From assembly GCF_000400465.1 (NCBI RefSeq), contig NW_008806281.1:20001-268000 (forward strand): a DNA stretch of 248,000 nt, read 5' to 3'. How positions within the stretch are numbered: position 1 is the stretch's first letter; each line of letters opens with the position of its first letter. The translations under genes were made by a program, and so were the position numbers. Under the pieces are notes generated by a model, which was not told the origin of the DNA, ran no database searches, and saw only the letters and a list, made by a program, of their open reading frames with translations. The stretch is from Wallemia ichthyophaga EXF-994 (lineage: Eukaryota; Fungi; Basidiomycota). Shown in pieces: positions 194,271 to 207,022 of the stretch.

Positions 194271-194960
194271 ATGCTCAAAGAGGTGGAATCAGCTGAAGAA
194301 TTTCAATCGTTATTGTCCAACAACCTCAATGGATTGAGCGTACTCAATTTCTGGGCTCCTTGGGCAGATCCATGCACTCAGATGAACGTTGTAGCCCGCG
194401 AACTGAGTGAGAAGCACACCGCTGTGCTATTCCTCAACATTGAAGCCGAATCTCTGCCCGATATCTCGGAAACATTCGATATTGAAGCTGTACCTTGTTT
194501 TGTGCTGCTTAGAGGTCACACTCTGTTGGATAGAATAAGTGGCGCAAACGCTGCTTTACTCGCACAGACAGTACAGAAACACTCCACCTTATCAAACAAC
194601 AACTCCTCTCAATCCACTACTAGCCAGCCTCCTCAGCCACCACTGCCCGTTGAGACCGAGGATCAGCTCAACTCGAGGTGCAACTCCATCATGAACCAAT
194701 CAGACGTCGTCTTATTCATGAAAGGGGATCCTCAAACTCCACGCTGTGGCTTCTCCAAACAGACTGTCGCTTTGTTGAGGGAACAAGGCATTCAATTCAC
194801 TCATTTTGATATTCTCCAGGATGAGAGTGTCAGGCAGAATCTCAAGAAACTCAATGATTGGCCAACATTCCCCCAAATTATCGTAAAGGGCGAACTCATC
194901 GGTGGTCTAGACATACTACGTGAAATGGTTGAAAATGGTGAAATGAAGCAGTTAGTTTGA
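194271..194960 (+). CDS. GRX4: monothiol glutaredoxin Grx3/4
   Basis: WADPC thioredoxin-like domain; CGFS, WPTFPQ. Confidence 0.95.
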   Translation: MLKEVESAEEFQSLLSNNLNGLSVLNFWAPWADPCTQMNVVARELSEKHTAVLFLNIEAESLPDISETFDIEAVPCFVLLRGHTLLDRISGANAALLAQTVQKHSTLSNNNSSQSTTSQPPQPPLPVETEDQLNSRCNSIMNQSDVVLFMKGDPQTPRCGFSKQTVALLREQGIQFTHFDILQDESVRQNLKKLNDWPTFPQIIVKGELIGGLDILREMVENGEMKQLV

Positions 194961-195025
194961 GTTTGTGATACGTTATTTATACACTTAGTTGGTTTAATAT
195001 TACATTTGAACATTTTCACCCCTTC

Positions 195026-196245
195026 TCACTCTACTAACACCTGCTTCAATACTGCTGTGCGTATCCATTTCCTGCGACGCGTGTAACATCCCATACCATT
195101 CTTTGAACTCCATCTCTCCCATTGGTTGTCTCCATACGACCAGCCATTCTGATCAACACCATCTGCAGTACCCATTTCCTGGTTAGATCCAGCGATAGCA
195201 TCTATTGAAGACCTCGTTGGTGGATCTTTGTCGACACTTTTCTGTTTTGTCTCAGTGGGTGCCTGCGCAGAATGTCTGTTAAACTTAGCCAAGCCCTGTT
195301 TAAGAGCTTTTTCAGCACCCGATCTATCTACAGAGAAGGAGTGAGTAGAATTATCACCCTTGTCATCGTCTTCAGAGGGAATATTTGGGAGAGGGAGTAT
195401 TTTCACAGGTTTATTTTGTCCGGGAGTGGTAACCATCCAAGACTCATCTAACCAGGACCACGTGTAAACTATTTTGTCATTGGTTGATGTATCCTGGGGT
195501 AAGTTGAAAGTGTTAGGTGGCAAGACGGGATCTAGATTGCTGTCTGACCTGAAGTGAATGTGAGTGCGGGTGTAAGACTAAGCACAAATCCAACTAACCA
195601 AGTAGGTCTCTCGCCAGGAAGTAAAGCGTGTGTCCAATCAAGACCCATCCACCATCTTTGATTTTCGTATATCTCAAAACGAAACATGGTATCTTTAGAT
195701 TTACTCTTGTTACGTTTGAGAGTGTTTAGTTTGTCTTTAACCAGGGTAATGAAAGGGATGCGCTTGTCTTTGAGGGAGTATTGGCTGTTGAAGCTGTCTA
195801 GAATGACGTAAATCTCGGGGTTGTTGACTAGAAACAGGCAAGTGAAGGAGAATGAATAGAAAAAGCGTGTGGGGAGGATTAATCTGAGGAAAGCAGCAAC
195901 AGCCACAGCAATAGAAGATTGAGTAAAGGTGTAACAACCAAACTTAAACTGATTTAAACCAATATTGATCTTCTGAAGATGGATAATTGATTGATTGATA
196001 TCTTTATCGGTTTTAGTGGGTTTCTGAGTGGATTCAAATAGGCCAAAGAATAAGAAAGTCATTGCTGCTAATAATTCAACCCAATTGAAATAAAGAATAG
196101 CCAAATTCACAGCCAATAGAAAGATGAAGCTGTTTACCTTGTTATTGTATTGAAGAATATCGATTATGTTTGAAATATATCCCAGTGTATTTGTGTATTC
196201 TATTAGTAAATTCTGCAGCTCTTCTTCTCCACTGCCAATTTTCAT
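195026..196245 (-). CDS. Pex24/Pex30-family DysF protein
   Basis: FEIYENQRWWMGLDW, GWSYGDN, TRRRKWIR. Confidence 0.85.
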
Positions 196246-196270
196246 CGTTGTAGTTTCTAATCAAACGACC

Positions 196271-197516
196271 ATGTCTGAATCATCATCAGAATTATCAAAT
196301 ATAACCCAAGAAGCACATCGACTTGTTTCTATTGGAAATTATAACGAAGCATCTAACAAATATTCTGACGCTTTAGAGATTGTACGCGATACTCACGGTG
196401 AATTGTCTGTTGAATCAGCTGCACTCCTCCTCAAATACGCTGAATCTCTCTACCTACACGCTGTATCCCAATCTGACGTCATTGGTAAATCTGATGAGGC
196501 AGGCGACACGGCAGATACGGCAGACGCGGCAAATGCAGCACACACAGCACACACTCCAAGCACAAGCAATGCAAGCACTGCAAACACTGCAAACACAGAC
196601 AATCTCATTCAGCTATCTGACGACGACGACGACGACGACAACGACGATCAAGGCGATGACGACAACCAGCCTGAACAAGACCCCGACCACTCCAACGAAG
196701 ACACCCCCGACGACGACTTCGGTGCTGCATGGGAAGTTGCCGACCTTGCCAAAGTTATCTACCAAAAGTTAGACGGCGATAACAACAAACTCTGTCTCGC
196801 AGATGCACACATGCTTCTTGGTGACATAGCACTCGAGTTGGAGACATTCGAAGCAGCCGCACTCGAATACAGCAGCTCGCTCGAGATTAAGAAACTAATT
196901 CTCAACCCGACTTCGCGAGTACTCGCAGAAGCGCATTTCAAGCTTGCCATTAGCTATGAGCTTGTACCAGGCCATGTCAGACGCGATACTGCACTCGTGC
197001 ATGTCCAAGATGCCAAAGAGGTGCTCGATGGGCGTCTTGGCGAGTTGAAAAAGCGCGTTGAAAGTGGTGCACCTGTGGAGGTGTCGGGTGAGAATGAAAA
197101 CAATGACAAACCCGCACTTAGAGAACGCGTTGAGAGATTGTCAATCGAGGATGCCACCAAAGAGATTAAAGACATCGAGGAACTCATCGGTGATCTTAGA
197201 GAAAAGGTTGGTTTACATTGTATCACACACACCCTTCTAACTAGTTCAATAGATTGCCGAACTCGAACAACCCCCTCCTCCAGCTTCTGAAGACCCTTCC
197301 AAATCTACTGTCGATGTCCTTGTCGCTGAAATGGATAAGGCTAAACAATCTGTCGCTAGCGACGCCCCCGTGAATGTACTCCAACCCAAGAAAAAGCAGG
197401 ACAAGAGGAAAGCCGAAGATCAACCTGCGAGCGAGGCTGACAAGAAGGTGAAGAGTGACCCTCACGCTCACCCAGGCAAAAAAACAGAAACAGAAAACGA
197501 AGAAACTCCAAACTAG
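196271..197516 (+). CDS. NASP/Hif1 SHNi-TPR histone chaperone
   Basis: DDFGAAWEV, LGDIALELE. Confidence 0.85.
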
Positions 197517-197564
197517 CACAGATATATCACTGAAACTATTTATGTTATACAAAAATAACCCCAT

Positions 197565-198930
197565 TCAATACCAAGGTTGACGATTATCCGTGATTGCATT
197601 ATGAGTGAATGATTTACCACCCTCCCCAAATTCGCCTACGATGTGACCATTGTCTGCAATACTCCTGAGTATGTATTTGTATATAACCAGTCCCTCTAAA
197701 CCGACAGGACCTCTAGCGTGAGTTTTGCCAGTGGCTACACCAAATTCAGCGCCAAATCCATACCTAAACCCATCAGCGAATCTAGTCGAAACGTTGACAT
197801 AGCACCCAGCGCTGCCAACGCCCTTCATCCAGGTGTTCTTGTTGGTGCTGTTTTCAGTAACAATACAATCTGTGTGATGGGAGCCGTGAGTGTTGACGTG
197901 CACGATAGCCTCGTTTATGCTGTCGACAACCTTTACTGATATCTCGTAATCGAGCCACTCAGTGTGGTAGTCGGTATCTGTGGAGAGCAAGAGCTGACTG
198001 GAAAATTGCTGATGAACATCTTTGGAGATATTCTCAAACGACGTCTGATCGCAGTGCATAGTCACTGGATTCTTATTCTTCAACAGCGCCAAAGCTATAG
198101 TGTCCAAATTGCTCAGTTGAGAGCGGTGCAGGAGGAGAGTTTCGGTGGCGTTACAAACACTTGGATAGTCTGTTTTAGAGTCGACTACTACGCGCACTGC
198201 CTTATTGAGATCTGCAAATTGATCGACATAGACGGAGCAAATTCCATCTGCATGACCCATAACGGGAATTCTGCTATTCTCTTTAATACTCTGAACCAAC
198301 GCTTTTCCACCTCTAGGAACGACAAGATCGATATATTTGTCGAGATGAAGGAGACTACTAACCTCGTCGCGAGTGTTGATAGTCTGGATGAGGTGAGGGA
198401 GAAGTTGAGTGCGTGATTTGAGTGCCTCTTGTATCACGCTGTTTAGTATTTGAGATGTGTGTTTCGATTCTTTACCGCCCTTGAGTATCGCCGCGTTACC
198501 CGATTTGATAGAGAGTGCAGCGACGTTGACGACGACTTCTGGACGTGATTCGAATATCACCAAGAGCACGCCAATTGGACACGCGACTCTGTACAACTCC
198601 AGCTCATCATCCAATTCAACAGCATAGCTAATCTTGTCGTTAGGATCATCGAGCGAGGCTATTTCCTCGAGTGATTGGATGATGCCGTTGAATTTGGTAT
198701 CGTTGTTCAACGCCAGCCTGCGCATCGATGGCGCTGATAGCTTGCCTTGTTCGACCAGTGTAGCTGCTTCCTGTGGGTGGAATTGGCTGGCATTTAACAC
198801 AAATTACACCCAAACACACCTTCAAATCACGCTCGTTTGCTGCATAAACCTCCTCTTTGCGGTGTTGTAGCTCGTCGCGTATCGCTAGCAGCGCATTCGA
198901 GCGCTGGGTAGACTCAAGTAACTGTGAAGC
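197565..198930 (-). CDS. PRO2: gamma-glutamyl phosphate reductase
   Basis: PIGVLLVIFESRP, CNATETLL, STRFADG. Confidence 0.95.
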
Positions 198931-199013
198931 ATCGAAAGCTTCCTTGGCTTTGTAACCGAGTAATTCTGCATTATCTGACATTCTCCGTTCTTCTCTCTTC
199001 ACAGTCCACGTTG

Positions 199014-199511
199014 AGGATGTTGGGCGGGATATTGAGAAGAAATATCAGTCGCAGTGTTGGATGCAGCTACAGAGCTGCCACTGCATTCCCAAAGCTCACC
199101 AGACCATTCACGCACTCCCCCACACGCTTTCACAAAATACCTACCGACGGTACATCCACCCCGATAGGCCATGTCGATCCACGCCTTCAAATAAGCTTCA
199201 CTTGCACCGTCAAAGATTGCGGCGAAAGATCCACCCACGAATTCGCCAAGAGCAGCTACACCAAGGTGGGTTTGTCACCGTCACGTCATTCTTACTCGCT
199301 GCTTACACCCAACTCACAGGGCATCGTTATTGTTCAGTGTCCGGGCTGCAGCAATCGCCATCTCATCGCTGATAACCTTGGCTGGTTCAAACAGCCCGAT
199401 ACAGCCCAAGGAGAGCTGCGCACCGTCGAAGATCTCATGCGCGCTAAAGGCGAAAAGGTACGCAGGGGTGTTTTACAACAAGGTGGTGAAACTATAGAGT
199501 TTTCTGATTGA
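199014..199511 (+). CDS. ZIM17: zf-DNL mitochondrial chaperone
   Basis: FTCTVKDCG; VQCPGCSNRHLIADNLGWF. Confidence 0.92.
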   Translation, partial: RMLGGILRRNISRSVGCSYRAATAFPKLTRPFTHSPTRFHKIPTDGTSTPIGHVDPRLQISFTCTVKDCGERSTHEFAKSSYTKVGLSPSRHSYSLLTPNSQGIVIVQCPGCSNRHLIADNLGWFKQPDTAQGELRTVEDLMRAKGEKVRRGVLQQGGETIEFSD

Positions 199512-199530
199512 CTTGGTCCCTCGTTCTTGC

Positions 199531-200744
199531 TTATATTCTCTGTCTCGATGTATATGTCTCCATTCCACTGCTCTTATCTGTCTGGCTGCGACAGAACTTG
199601 AGTACCAGCCGCTCTAGCTCCTTGCTGTCTCCGAGGTCTTGAATAAAGGGTATGAGATCAGCAGCAAACCATTTGCCACGCATCTTGAACAACTCCTGGA
199701 ATCGTGTAGACGGTGCTTTGGAGAGGGAGGAAGAGGTGAAAAACTTGACTCTACCTGCTTCTATGAGGTAGGAGCCTTTGAGAAGGTCTAGTGAGCAGTA
199801 CGATGACAGCTCGTAGCCCACTCTTTCTTTCCAGTCGTCGATGAATGTTTCGAAAGGCGTGGGGTGTTTGTGAGTCTTCAAAATGCACACGCCCATCTCC
199901 TTGACAAATGCGTTTATATCGAGCGATGTAGGAGTGCTCATAAACCAGTCCATGACAGTATCTGTGTATTGTTTATCTACGTTGTGCTCCTCGTGTACCT
200001 TCTCCACCACCCTCTGTTTGTCCAAGTTAGTCATGGACATTCCCAGCAACTCGAGTGTATTCGCTATGAGATCGAGAGTGCGCATCAGGCATTCAGCATC
200101 TACCGGTCTGTACTCTCCGTTGTAGTGCACTATCTTGCGTGCTGTCAGAGCGTGTCTCATTTCCTCATCACTCGCTTGGATCGAGCTGCTCAAACGCTTG
200201 TAATCATATCGCAGGCTGCTATCGACGTCTCTATCTTTGTCTGTCTGTGTAGAGTGTGTTAGTGGCGGTCTTACTAGCTCATCCCGTCCTACACACATTA
200301 GACTCAGTTGGATCGAGTAAAACGCGATGTGAGAGTATTTGATCGAGTTTGTCCATATTTGGTATACACTTGTGTGTTTCGAGTATTTCATGGAATGTGT
200401 TTACTATGTGTGTATCGTGTGTATCGTGTGTATCGTGTGTATCGCGTTCAAGCAGCGTCAGGCTGTTGGAATGCATTCTATTCTTCAGCAGGTAAGTATT
200501 AGAGTTGCTACATAACACAGCATCCTCATCTCCGTCGCCTTTGAATTCCAAACTAAACGAGAAGTACGGTGAGTGATATAGCCAGCCAAAAACCACGCGA
200601 CACGCACACTTGTTGCTTTTCTAGCGCCTCCACCAGCTCATTATCTAATTCGAGTAGCTTGAACTCATTTTTATTCTTATCATTTAATCCCGTTGATATC
200701 CTTATCATTTTGAGTGTTTCCTTCAAGCCCCATGCAACAGCCAC
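199531..200744 (-). CDS. DCC1: sister chromatid cohesion protein
   Basis: FKLLEL, DAVLC, HSNSL, RFQELF...W. Confidence 0.85.
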
Positions 200745-201976
200745 CTCAGCGTAGAATATTTACAGAGAACGATTTACACCTGTGGTGCACATCGAAGGCA
200801 TACACTGGATTGACTGCGTTTATTGTCGAGCTCAATGAAGCTGTGGTGGATAAGTCCATGGATTTGGACAGCACTGGGAAATCAGAACTAGATTCAGAAT
200901 CAGATAGCCCGATTAACAACCTACTCTCCCTCATCCAAACTACCGATAGCTGGATCGATGACATAACTCCAGTTGACAGCCCACAGCGATTCGGTAATAC
201001 GGCTTTCAGGGACTGGGGAAGGAGGTTGGAAGAGGTGAGTGTATGTATTTAATACTTAATAATCTAATTGTACCATCCACCACCAAAGAACGCAGCTCAA
201101 ATGTTAACTCCGCTACTTCCAAACAATAACCACACAGACGCACTAAACCAGATAACGCCCACCCTCCTAAATGCTTTCGGGTCTTTTGTCCGAATAGACT
201201 ATGGTACCGGCCACGAGTTATCATTCATCGTCGTCCTATACATGCTGAGACAAATCGGAGTGCTGAACTCGACGCACAACTATGAGCTAATCGCCAAAGT
201301 ATTTGTCAACTACTGGAAAACAGTAACACGTCTTCAAATCACCTACAAACTTGAACCAGCAGGCAGCCACGGCGTGTGGGGATTAGACGACTACTGTTTC
201401 ATGCCCTACATCTTCGGTTCGGCGCAGATAAGGAGCACTGACACGCCACCTTCCCGTCTCTTCCACCAGACAGACGCTTTCCCTGATACACACACCAATC
201501 TTTACGCCCGCGCTGTGTCCAATATACACCAATTCAAGAGCGGTCCGTGGCACGAACACTCGCCGCAGCTCTACAGCATCGCTCACACCGTCCCTAATTG
201601 GTTTAAAGTCAACAAAGGTTTATTTAAAATGTTCGATGCGGAGGTGTTGAAGAAGAGGGTCGTTGTCCAGCATTTGCTCTTCAGCTATCTCTTCCCTTTC
201701 GATAGTGATCCTGCGGCACAGCAAATCGATCACGGTGGGCTGCCTCTGTCGAGTGGGAGTGGTACTGGCACTAGCACTGGTATATCTACCGCTAGATTGC
201801 AGCACCAGCAAAATCACCAAACTCACAACCCTACACCCCGCTCACCTCACTCTGATACCCTCCTCCCTCCTCTTCTGTCGAGGAGCGAGAGGAAGAAACA
201901 GAAGGATACACTCGCTTCTTCCGGTTCTGCTGCTGCTTCTACGTCTCCATTCGGGGTGTTATCGAAACCATCTTGA
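200731..201976 (+). CDS. RRD1: PP2A activator PTPA
   Basis: QRFGN.AFR, RIDYGTGHE, LEPAGSHGVWGLDDY. Confidence 0.93.
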
Positions 201977-202219
201977 TACTGTACTTTTATCCATGTTCGC
202001 TCGTCTTTATGCTTTACAAGATTATGTCACTTGAGTCATTTATCTAAGTCTACGTCATTTCGCACTTATAAGGATAATTTCTAATTTTACAAGGACATAG
202101 AATGGTAACCGCAATACTTGTCCATCCGAAAAGGAAAGGGAAGATGCGTTGGTATTTAATAGCTCCACGTGAATTCCCGCGAAACAGTCAATTGGTGTTA
202201 ATGTGATGTTCTTCTGATA

Positions 202220-202850
202220 TTACTGCTTCTGCTTCTGCTGCTGCTGCTGCTGCTGCTCTTGCATTTTCTCCTTCAAGGCTATCAAATCGTCGCGCTCATC
202301 GAGGTACCTCTGACAAGCATCCTTGAGTGACGCTGTACCAGTATCGATAGCATCCCAATTATCACGCAGCGAGGATATTTCGTCTTCTAACAAGCTCACT
202401 TTATTCAAAATATCTTCATGTACTTGCAACTCGCTGTTTAGTTTCTGTAGATGATTCTGATACTTTGATTCGTGTTCATTATCGATAGACTTCTCAATCT
202501 GCTCAAACCATTCGAGGTATTGCTGTGGAGTAGTGATGATTTCATTCTGCGTCTGATTATGCTCATTCTGAGGCGTGCCAGGTACTTCAAAGGGAGTGTT
202601 CAGATTTGGTGTTGCGCTTTTACTGATTTGCGATTTGTTCAGCTGACAAAGTAAACTAAGCAAATACTCTCCAACAAATCCCCACACTCACGCTTAGCTT
202701 TATCGGCAACGGTCGCTCGTATTCCGCACTGGCATTGGATAACACACTTAGGCTTTTGTTGGCTGTCGTGCTCAGCGGTGACTTGGATTCCCAAGCGTCG
202801 AGCGTCAGTGTGAGCGTCTTTGATGGTTTTTGCGTCGATTGCATCATCGC
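202220..202850 (-). CDS. truncated COG3-like N-terminal domain protein
   Basis: LDAWESKSPLS; TPQQYLEWF; ends in poly-Q then stop. Confidence 0.6.
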
Positions 202851-202927
202851 TGGACGGTTGTTGAACGTTGGCTGGTGAGTGGCTAAATTGAGGTACAGCA
202901 TCAATTTGCACACTCATCACAGTTAAT

Positions 202928-204503
202928 ATGGTGGTGAATGCATTCTTGCTGCTCCAATTGCTCGGCATAGCTTTCGCCTTCAACTCAACCTCAAACTCAC
203001 TCACCTACCAACAGCGCACGGCTATAGCACCAAATGGAGTCAACGTTGCGTTCAACTCACCTGGAAACAACACTCAATACACTCCATCTGTTTACTACAG
203101 TACAAATGCTACAAATATCACAGAAAATGCCTCTGGGGAGAGTTTAATGTATAACACTGCTCTTTCCACTACGCATAAAGTGGGTCTCAGAAACCTGACG
203201 TCAGACTGCACATATTACTACCAAACATGTCTAAACGTCGATGGCGAGTGCGCGCGTTCAGAGGTGCTTTCTTTCAAATCGGCAGTCTCGCCTGGATTGA
203301 CTGGAGAAGAGTTCAAATTTGCTGTCTTAGGTGACATGGGTGTGATGGGACCGCTTGGTGGGTGCAGCAGATGTAGCAAGTGTAACAAGGTCAATCCTCT
203401 AACACGCACCCAGGTCTATCCACAGAAGCACCCTCTAAAGTCGACGATTTCGCTCGACTTGACCAAGGAGAGCGCTCAACGATGAAGGCTCTCATAGAAA
203501 ATAAAGACAAGTATCAACTCATCATACACAACGGGGACCACGCCTATGCCGACGATGTAGGCAAGGTGAGTGGAACGTATGTGTAAAATTTGCACCTCAG
203601 ACCAGCTCGCGACAGGAAATTACCGATGGATACATCTCAAATGCCCTTAATGACTCGCTTCTTGAGCAGATGAGTGAGACATACGAGCTCATTCTCGAGA
203701 TTTACTTCAACCAGACATCGCAGTTCGCTAGAAGCACTCCTTACATGGTAGGCCCGGGGAACCACGAGCAGCTGTTGACGGAAGGTCATAACTACACAGA
203801 TCCATGGACCAACGAACCTATCCTAGTTGACGACATTCCTAACGGACAGCGCAACTTTACTTTTTACAACAACCGCTTCTTTATGCCCTGTGAGAGTGGA
203901 GAATTGTGCAATTTCTGGTGGAGTGTCGAGGCAGGTCCAATGAAATTCATCCAACTCAACACGGAAACCGACCTGAAAGCTGGCATACCTCCAGTGGATA
204001 TCACACAAGATCCAGAGCAAAATAACCTCGCTGAACCTAATGCTCAAATTGAATTTTTGGAGAAGGAGCTCAACAGTACCGACAGATCAATCACGCCGTG
204101 GTTGATAGTAGGCGGACATAGACCGTGGTATGGCACATCGCCAGACTGTCCCGGATGTAAGGAATCTTTCGAAGAGCTGCTGGTCAAGTATGATGTGGAT
204201 CTCGTCATGCACGGCCATGTACATCTCTACGAGCGTTTGGCTCCTATCTCAAATGGGACAGTCGATAAAAAGGGTCTTGACAATCCAACTTCCCCTTGGT
204301 ATATAATCAATGGCGCGGCTGGCCATTACGATGGATTGGACGATATGCCAGAGGATGTTTCACCACAGTCTAGAAACATTATTCAGGGCGAATTTGGATA
204401 TGATGAGATCACGATTCATAATCGTACCCATCTCACACATTCATTCATCGTTTCGAAGAATGACACCCTTCTCGACACGCAAACCCTTTACAAATCACAT
204501 TAG
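202928..204503 (+). CDS. secreted purple acid phosphatase
   Basis: GDMG, GDHAYAD, GNHE, GHRPWY, GHVH. Confidence 0.92.
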
Positions 204504-204890
204504 ATTGCTAAAGTATCATGGATTAAGATTTTCACCTGTTTCTTACTTTTATCTCTTTTGTAAATGTACCTTAATCTACACACAAACGCGAATCATAAAC
204601 AAAGGTGAATCCAATAGTAGATAACAAAGAATTAAGTAGACTGAGCAATTAAATAGTGAGTTGTGTCAACGGGTATGAGAAAGTGGATGTACAGATGTTG
204701 AGTGCTACGATGTCGTAAGTGTATTAAAAAGTAGTGTAAGCTCGGCCATCTCTTTCTTGCGGATTCGAGTTAATATAAATAGAGTAGTGTAGTGTAGTTA
204801 GTATATATATATATATATATATATATGGATGTGAAATTGCTCATTAGGTATTCGCATACCATTAATTAATCGCCTTTACTATATCTGATC

Positions 204891-206937
204891 CTACTGCTGT
204901 TCCTCTTCAACAAAGATAGCAGCGTAATTCTCGAGAATAGTTTCAATTGCCTTGCACTGGTATTGCATATCAGCCAAAGCAGTGCCCTTGGCCTGTTCCT
205001 CTGGAGGTGGATTGAGAAGAGTAGGCCCAAAGACAATAGCAAGGTTAGATGTATGCATCGAGTTGATCTCATGCAGGTCCTTAACTTTATCCAAATGACC
205101 CATCAGATATTTGAGAGTGGAGTAGTTGCAATCCGGGAGTTGGTTGACCGTCTCATGCAGCTTGATGTGCCTCAGCCTGTCGTTCTCCACCTTGGCGGCT
205201 TCGACGAATTGTGCGTAAAGTTGATACGTCAGAAGAGGCTCAGGAAGCTCCCTGAACCACTGCTTAACAACACTCGCAACTACGTTAATATCCATAGCTT
205301 CTTCCTCTTGGAAGAGGTCTATGCCACCCACATCCTGGTCAATCTTTGCCTTGAGTGATTGGACTTTTGATGTTGTACCAGACAACCTGTATATACCCTG
205401 GCTGTCTAATCCTTGAGCTTCGATGATGTTGCTACATTTATCGACAATTAGAGGTATCTCTACATCATCTCTCACCATCTGCTCCGTCAAATCGACACCA
205501 AATGTCTTTCTAGATGAAAATGAAGGCAGCGAGGCGGTAGCAGCTTTCGGTGTTTGATTTTGAGAGTGTGATGCTGTTGGTATGCGGGCGTAAGATTGTG
205601 AAGGAGAGAATGACTTTGCTTGACTTTCGTAATCGGGACCATGCTTGGCAGGACCGGTTGTTTTTGGTTGAGAAATGGAATAGTTCTGCATGAAAGTCTT
205701 GAAGTCTTTCTGGTTGTCGATACCTTCAACCAAGGCTCTTAAACCGGGACCGTCTTCTTTTGCTAGAGGAGTGACAGTGACACCTTCGTTGAGGAGGGAG
205801 TTCTCTAATAAGAAAGCATAGCGTTCCAAATGATATTGAACACCTAAGTCAATCTCGTCGGAGCATTCCTTTAATGTTCTCACTATACGTGGCATGTAGA
205901 TCTCCCAATACTCTGAACGCAGACTAGAACTCTCCTGGGCATGTCGTTTGAAAGAATCGCTAGCTTGGGAGATTCTGTTGCGGATATCCTCCTCTTGCTT
206001 GAGTATGTGTGCAGGGTTACGACCTCTAAAGAAACCAGCACCTTTCCGCATTTTAGAGAAGCCACCTTTCTTATCGCTGTGTACAGAGGATTGAGAAGAG
206101 CCAGCATTTGCATTTGCGGCACGTGATATAGAACCCTCTTTAAGACTTTCGCCTTCTTTAATGATGAGAACGCGTTCTAATTCTTCAGCTACAGCGTCGA
206201 AACGGTGTTTGCTCTGGAATATGATGTGAGCGGAAGATTAAATTTAGAAAGGAACAAACTTTTTCGGTATTAGCTTCAGCTTCTTGTAGAAATTTTTCGT
206301 GTTTGTTTCCATAATCTTTTGCGTGCTTACGGCTTTTATCAACTTGTCTGTGAAGTTGAGATAGTTCATCTGAGATTTCATTGAGACGTGTAGCTAATCT
206401 AAGCTTGCCTTCACCGATAGACTCATGTAAGCGCATAATCGAGTGAAAAGAGTTGACAAATGAACCAGCTTTTGCCTCAGTTGAGCTATAAATTTCTGAC
206501 GTGGATTTACCAAGTTTAATCAATTGATTTCCATAGTCCTCTTCGATTTTGGACTTTCTTTTAAGGAAAGTGGAAGATTCTTTGCAGCTAATCATTGATT
206601 GCTTTATGCGTTCGAGGATAAGTGGAATCCCACATTCCAATTCACAAAGAGAGTTGTAAACGTTGTCATCGAAGCTTGTGGGTACTATATCACCTGGGAA
206701 TGTATTTCCATGCACCCCGCCAACACCGTTGAATGGTTCTTCGATTGATTCACTCAGTGGTGTTGGTGGTGTACCTAGAGAAGCGCCATCTGGGAGACTT
206801 GGGAGGGTGTGATTGATGTTTGGGTGTGTGGGTGTATGTGTCTGTGCCTGCGTCTCTGTCTGTGCCCTTGTCTGCGGCTGTGTCTCCGTGTGCAATTCCC
206901 CCGGCGTCTCCCGCTGCGGCTGTAAAGGGTTTTCCAT
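204891..206937 (-). CDS. RGD1: F-BAR/RhoGAP protein
   Basis: FLKRKSKIEEDYG; QGIYRLSG, NLAIVFGPTL. Confidence 0.88.
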
Positions 206938-207022
206938 TGCTTATTAGATGATGTTTATTAGATGATGGCTGTTACAAATCAAGGAGGGTTTGGCCAGGTT
207001 CAACACCAACGACCACCAACCA

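Noticed and set aside
204800-204827. (TA)n and short tandem repeats (also 138050, 211490)
   Set aside because: Simple intergenic microsatellites
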